Of a stretch of 22,184 nt of DNA, positions 22,065 to 22,184 are shown one piece after another. The stretch spans positions 1 to 22,184 of the forward strand of contig JACOYJ010000031.1 of NCBI GenBank assembly GCA_016181885.1. Reading direction: 5' to 3'. Each line of letters starts with the position of its first letter. Position 1 is the stretch's first letter. Both the position numbers and the translations under genes were made by a program. This stretch comes from Candidatus Pacearchaeota archaeon (GTDB lineage: Archaea; Nanobdellota; Nanobdellia; Pacearchaeales; GW2011-AR1). A model generated the notes under the pieces. That model was not told the origin of the DNA. It worked only from the letters and a program-made list of their open reading frames with translations, and ran no database searches.

Positions 22065-22184
22065 TTAAAGATATTTTTCCAAAGTTTCATAGTATTTTTT
22101 ATTGTTCCATAGTTTTTTCATAGAATCTTCTGATAAGATCAGCCAACCTAACTTTTCTCTTTTAATTTTTTTCTTAGATTCCAT
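22065..22184 (-). CDS. Possible small ORF at the window edge (39 aa if the ATG at 22184 is the true start)
   Basis: Own translation: MESKKKIKREKLGWLILSEDSMKKLWNNKKYYETLEKYL. The window ends exactly at the ATG, so the frame may continue upstream. Confidence 0.3.
   Translation of the reverse strand: MESKKKIKREKLGWLILSEDSMKKLWNNKKYYETLEKYL

Noticed and set aside
1-22184. Alternative genetic code or stop-codon reassignment as an explanation for the many tiny frames.
   Set aside because: All motif-supported genes end cleanly at TAA or TGA with normal lengths. The micro-ORFs lie in different frames, so read-through would not join them.
21601-22184. Toxin-antitoxin pair formed by the 39-aa edge ORF and the 120-aa ORF.
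   Set aside because: The ...SEDSMKKLWNN... segment only vaguely recalls small antitoxin-like proteins. The genes are about 100 nt apart rather than overlapping. The 120-aa protein shows no toxin motif I recognise, and the upstream ORF is cut by the window edge.

Overview
Low-GC, gene-dense 22.2 kb window with about 30 protein genes on both strands. I found no rRNA, tRNA, CRISPR array or transposase. All product calls rest on motifs read from the translations; no database search was possible.

Host context (inference): many genes have a TTTATATA-type TATA box centred about 26 nt upstream of the start codon, which implies leaderless mRNAs. Together with a diphthine-ammonia ligase (Dph6/MJ0570-type) gene, this points to an archaeal, probably small-genome DPANN-like host. 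Some operons nevertheless look bacterial: thyA-folA has an AAGGAGGT Shine-Dalgarno sequence, and nrdR-nrdJ is a bacterial-type pairing.

Recognisable content:
- Deoxynucleotide/dTMP genes scattered across the window: thyA, folA, an NMP-kinase::dCMP-deaminase fusion, and a class II B12-type ribonucleotide reductase.
- Housekeeping and accessory genes: thioredoxin, SufS, a YhhQ-type queuosine-precursor transporter, two membrane-anchored cupredoxins, and a HAD hydrolase.
- Less common proteins: a Cas4-like Fe-S PD-(D/E)XK nuclease start/stop-overlapped with a TrpF-like TIM barrel, and a 495-aa protein built around a minimal nucleotidyltransferase core.
- Several small membrane or secreted proteins.

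Most unusual signals:
1. A minus-strand locus at 18846-19488 with no ORF in the track. It reads, in order: TATA box, an approximately 225-nt GC-enriched structured RNA (strand assigned from G:U wobbles), a chain of seven 5-10 codon micro-ORFs joined by TAA-A-ATG junctions (an array of CCATTTTA repeats on the plus strand), and a 56-aa polybasic ORF.
2. An nrdR gene that has lost the first half of its zinc ribbon. It is preceded by degenerate tandem copies of its own 5' end and is stop/start-coupled to an nrdJ that has no ATP-cone.
3. Two 370-430 bp direct repeats, plus a partial third copy. They bracket a 5 kb gene block and end in a conserved mini-ORF beginning MNWL.
4. A 14-mer shared in inverted orientation just upstream of the TATA boxes of two convergent genes.
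5. A mosaic family of short intergenic repeats.
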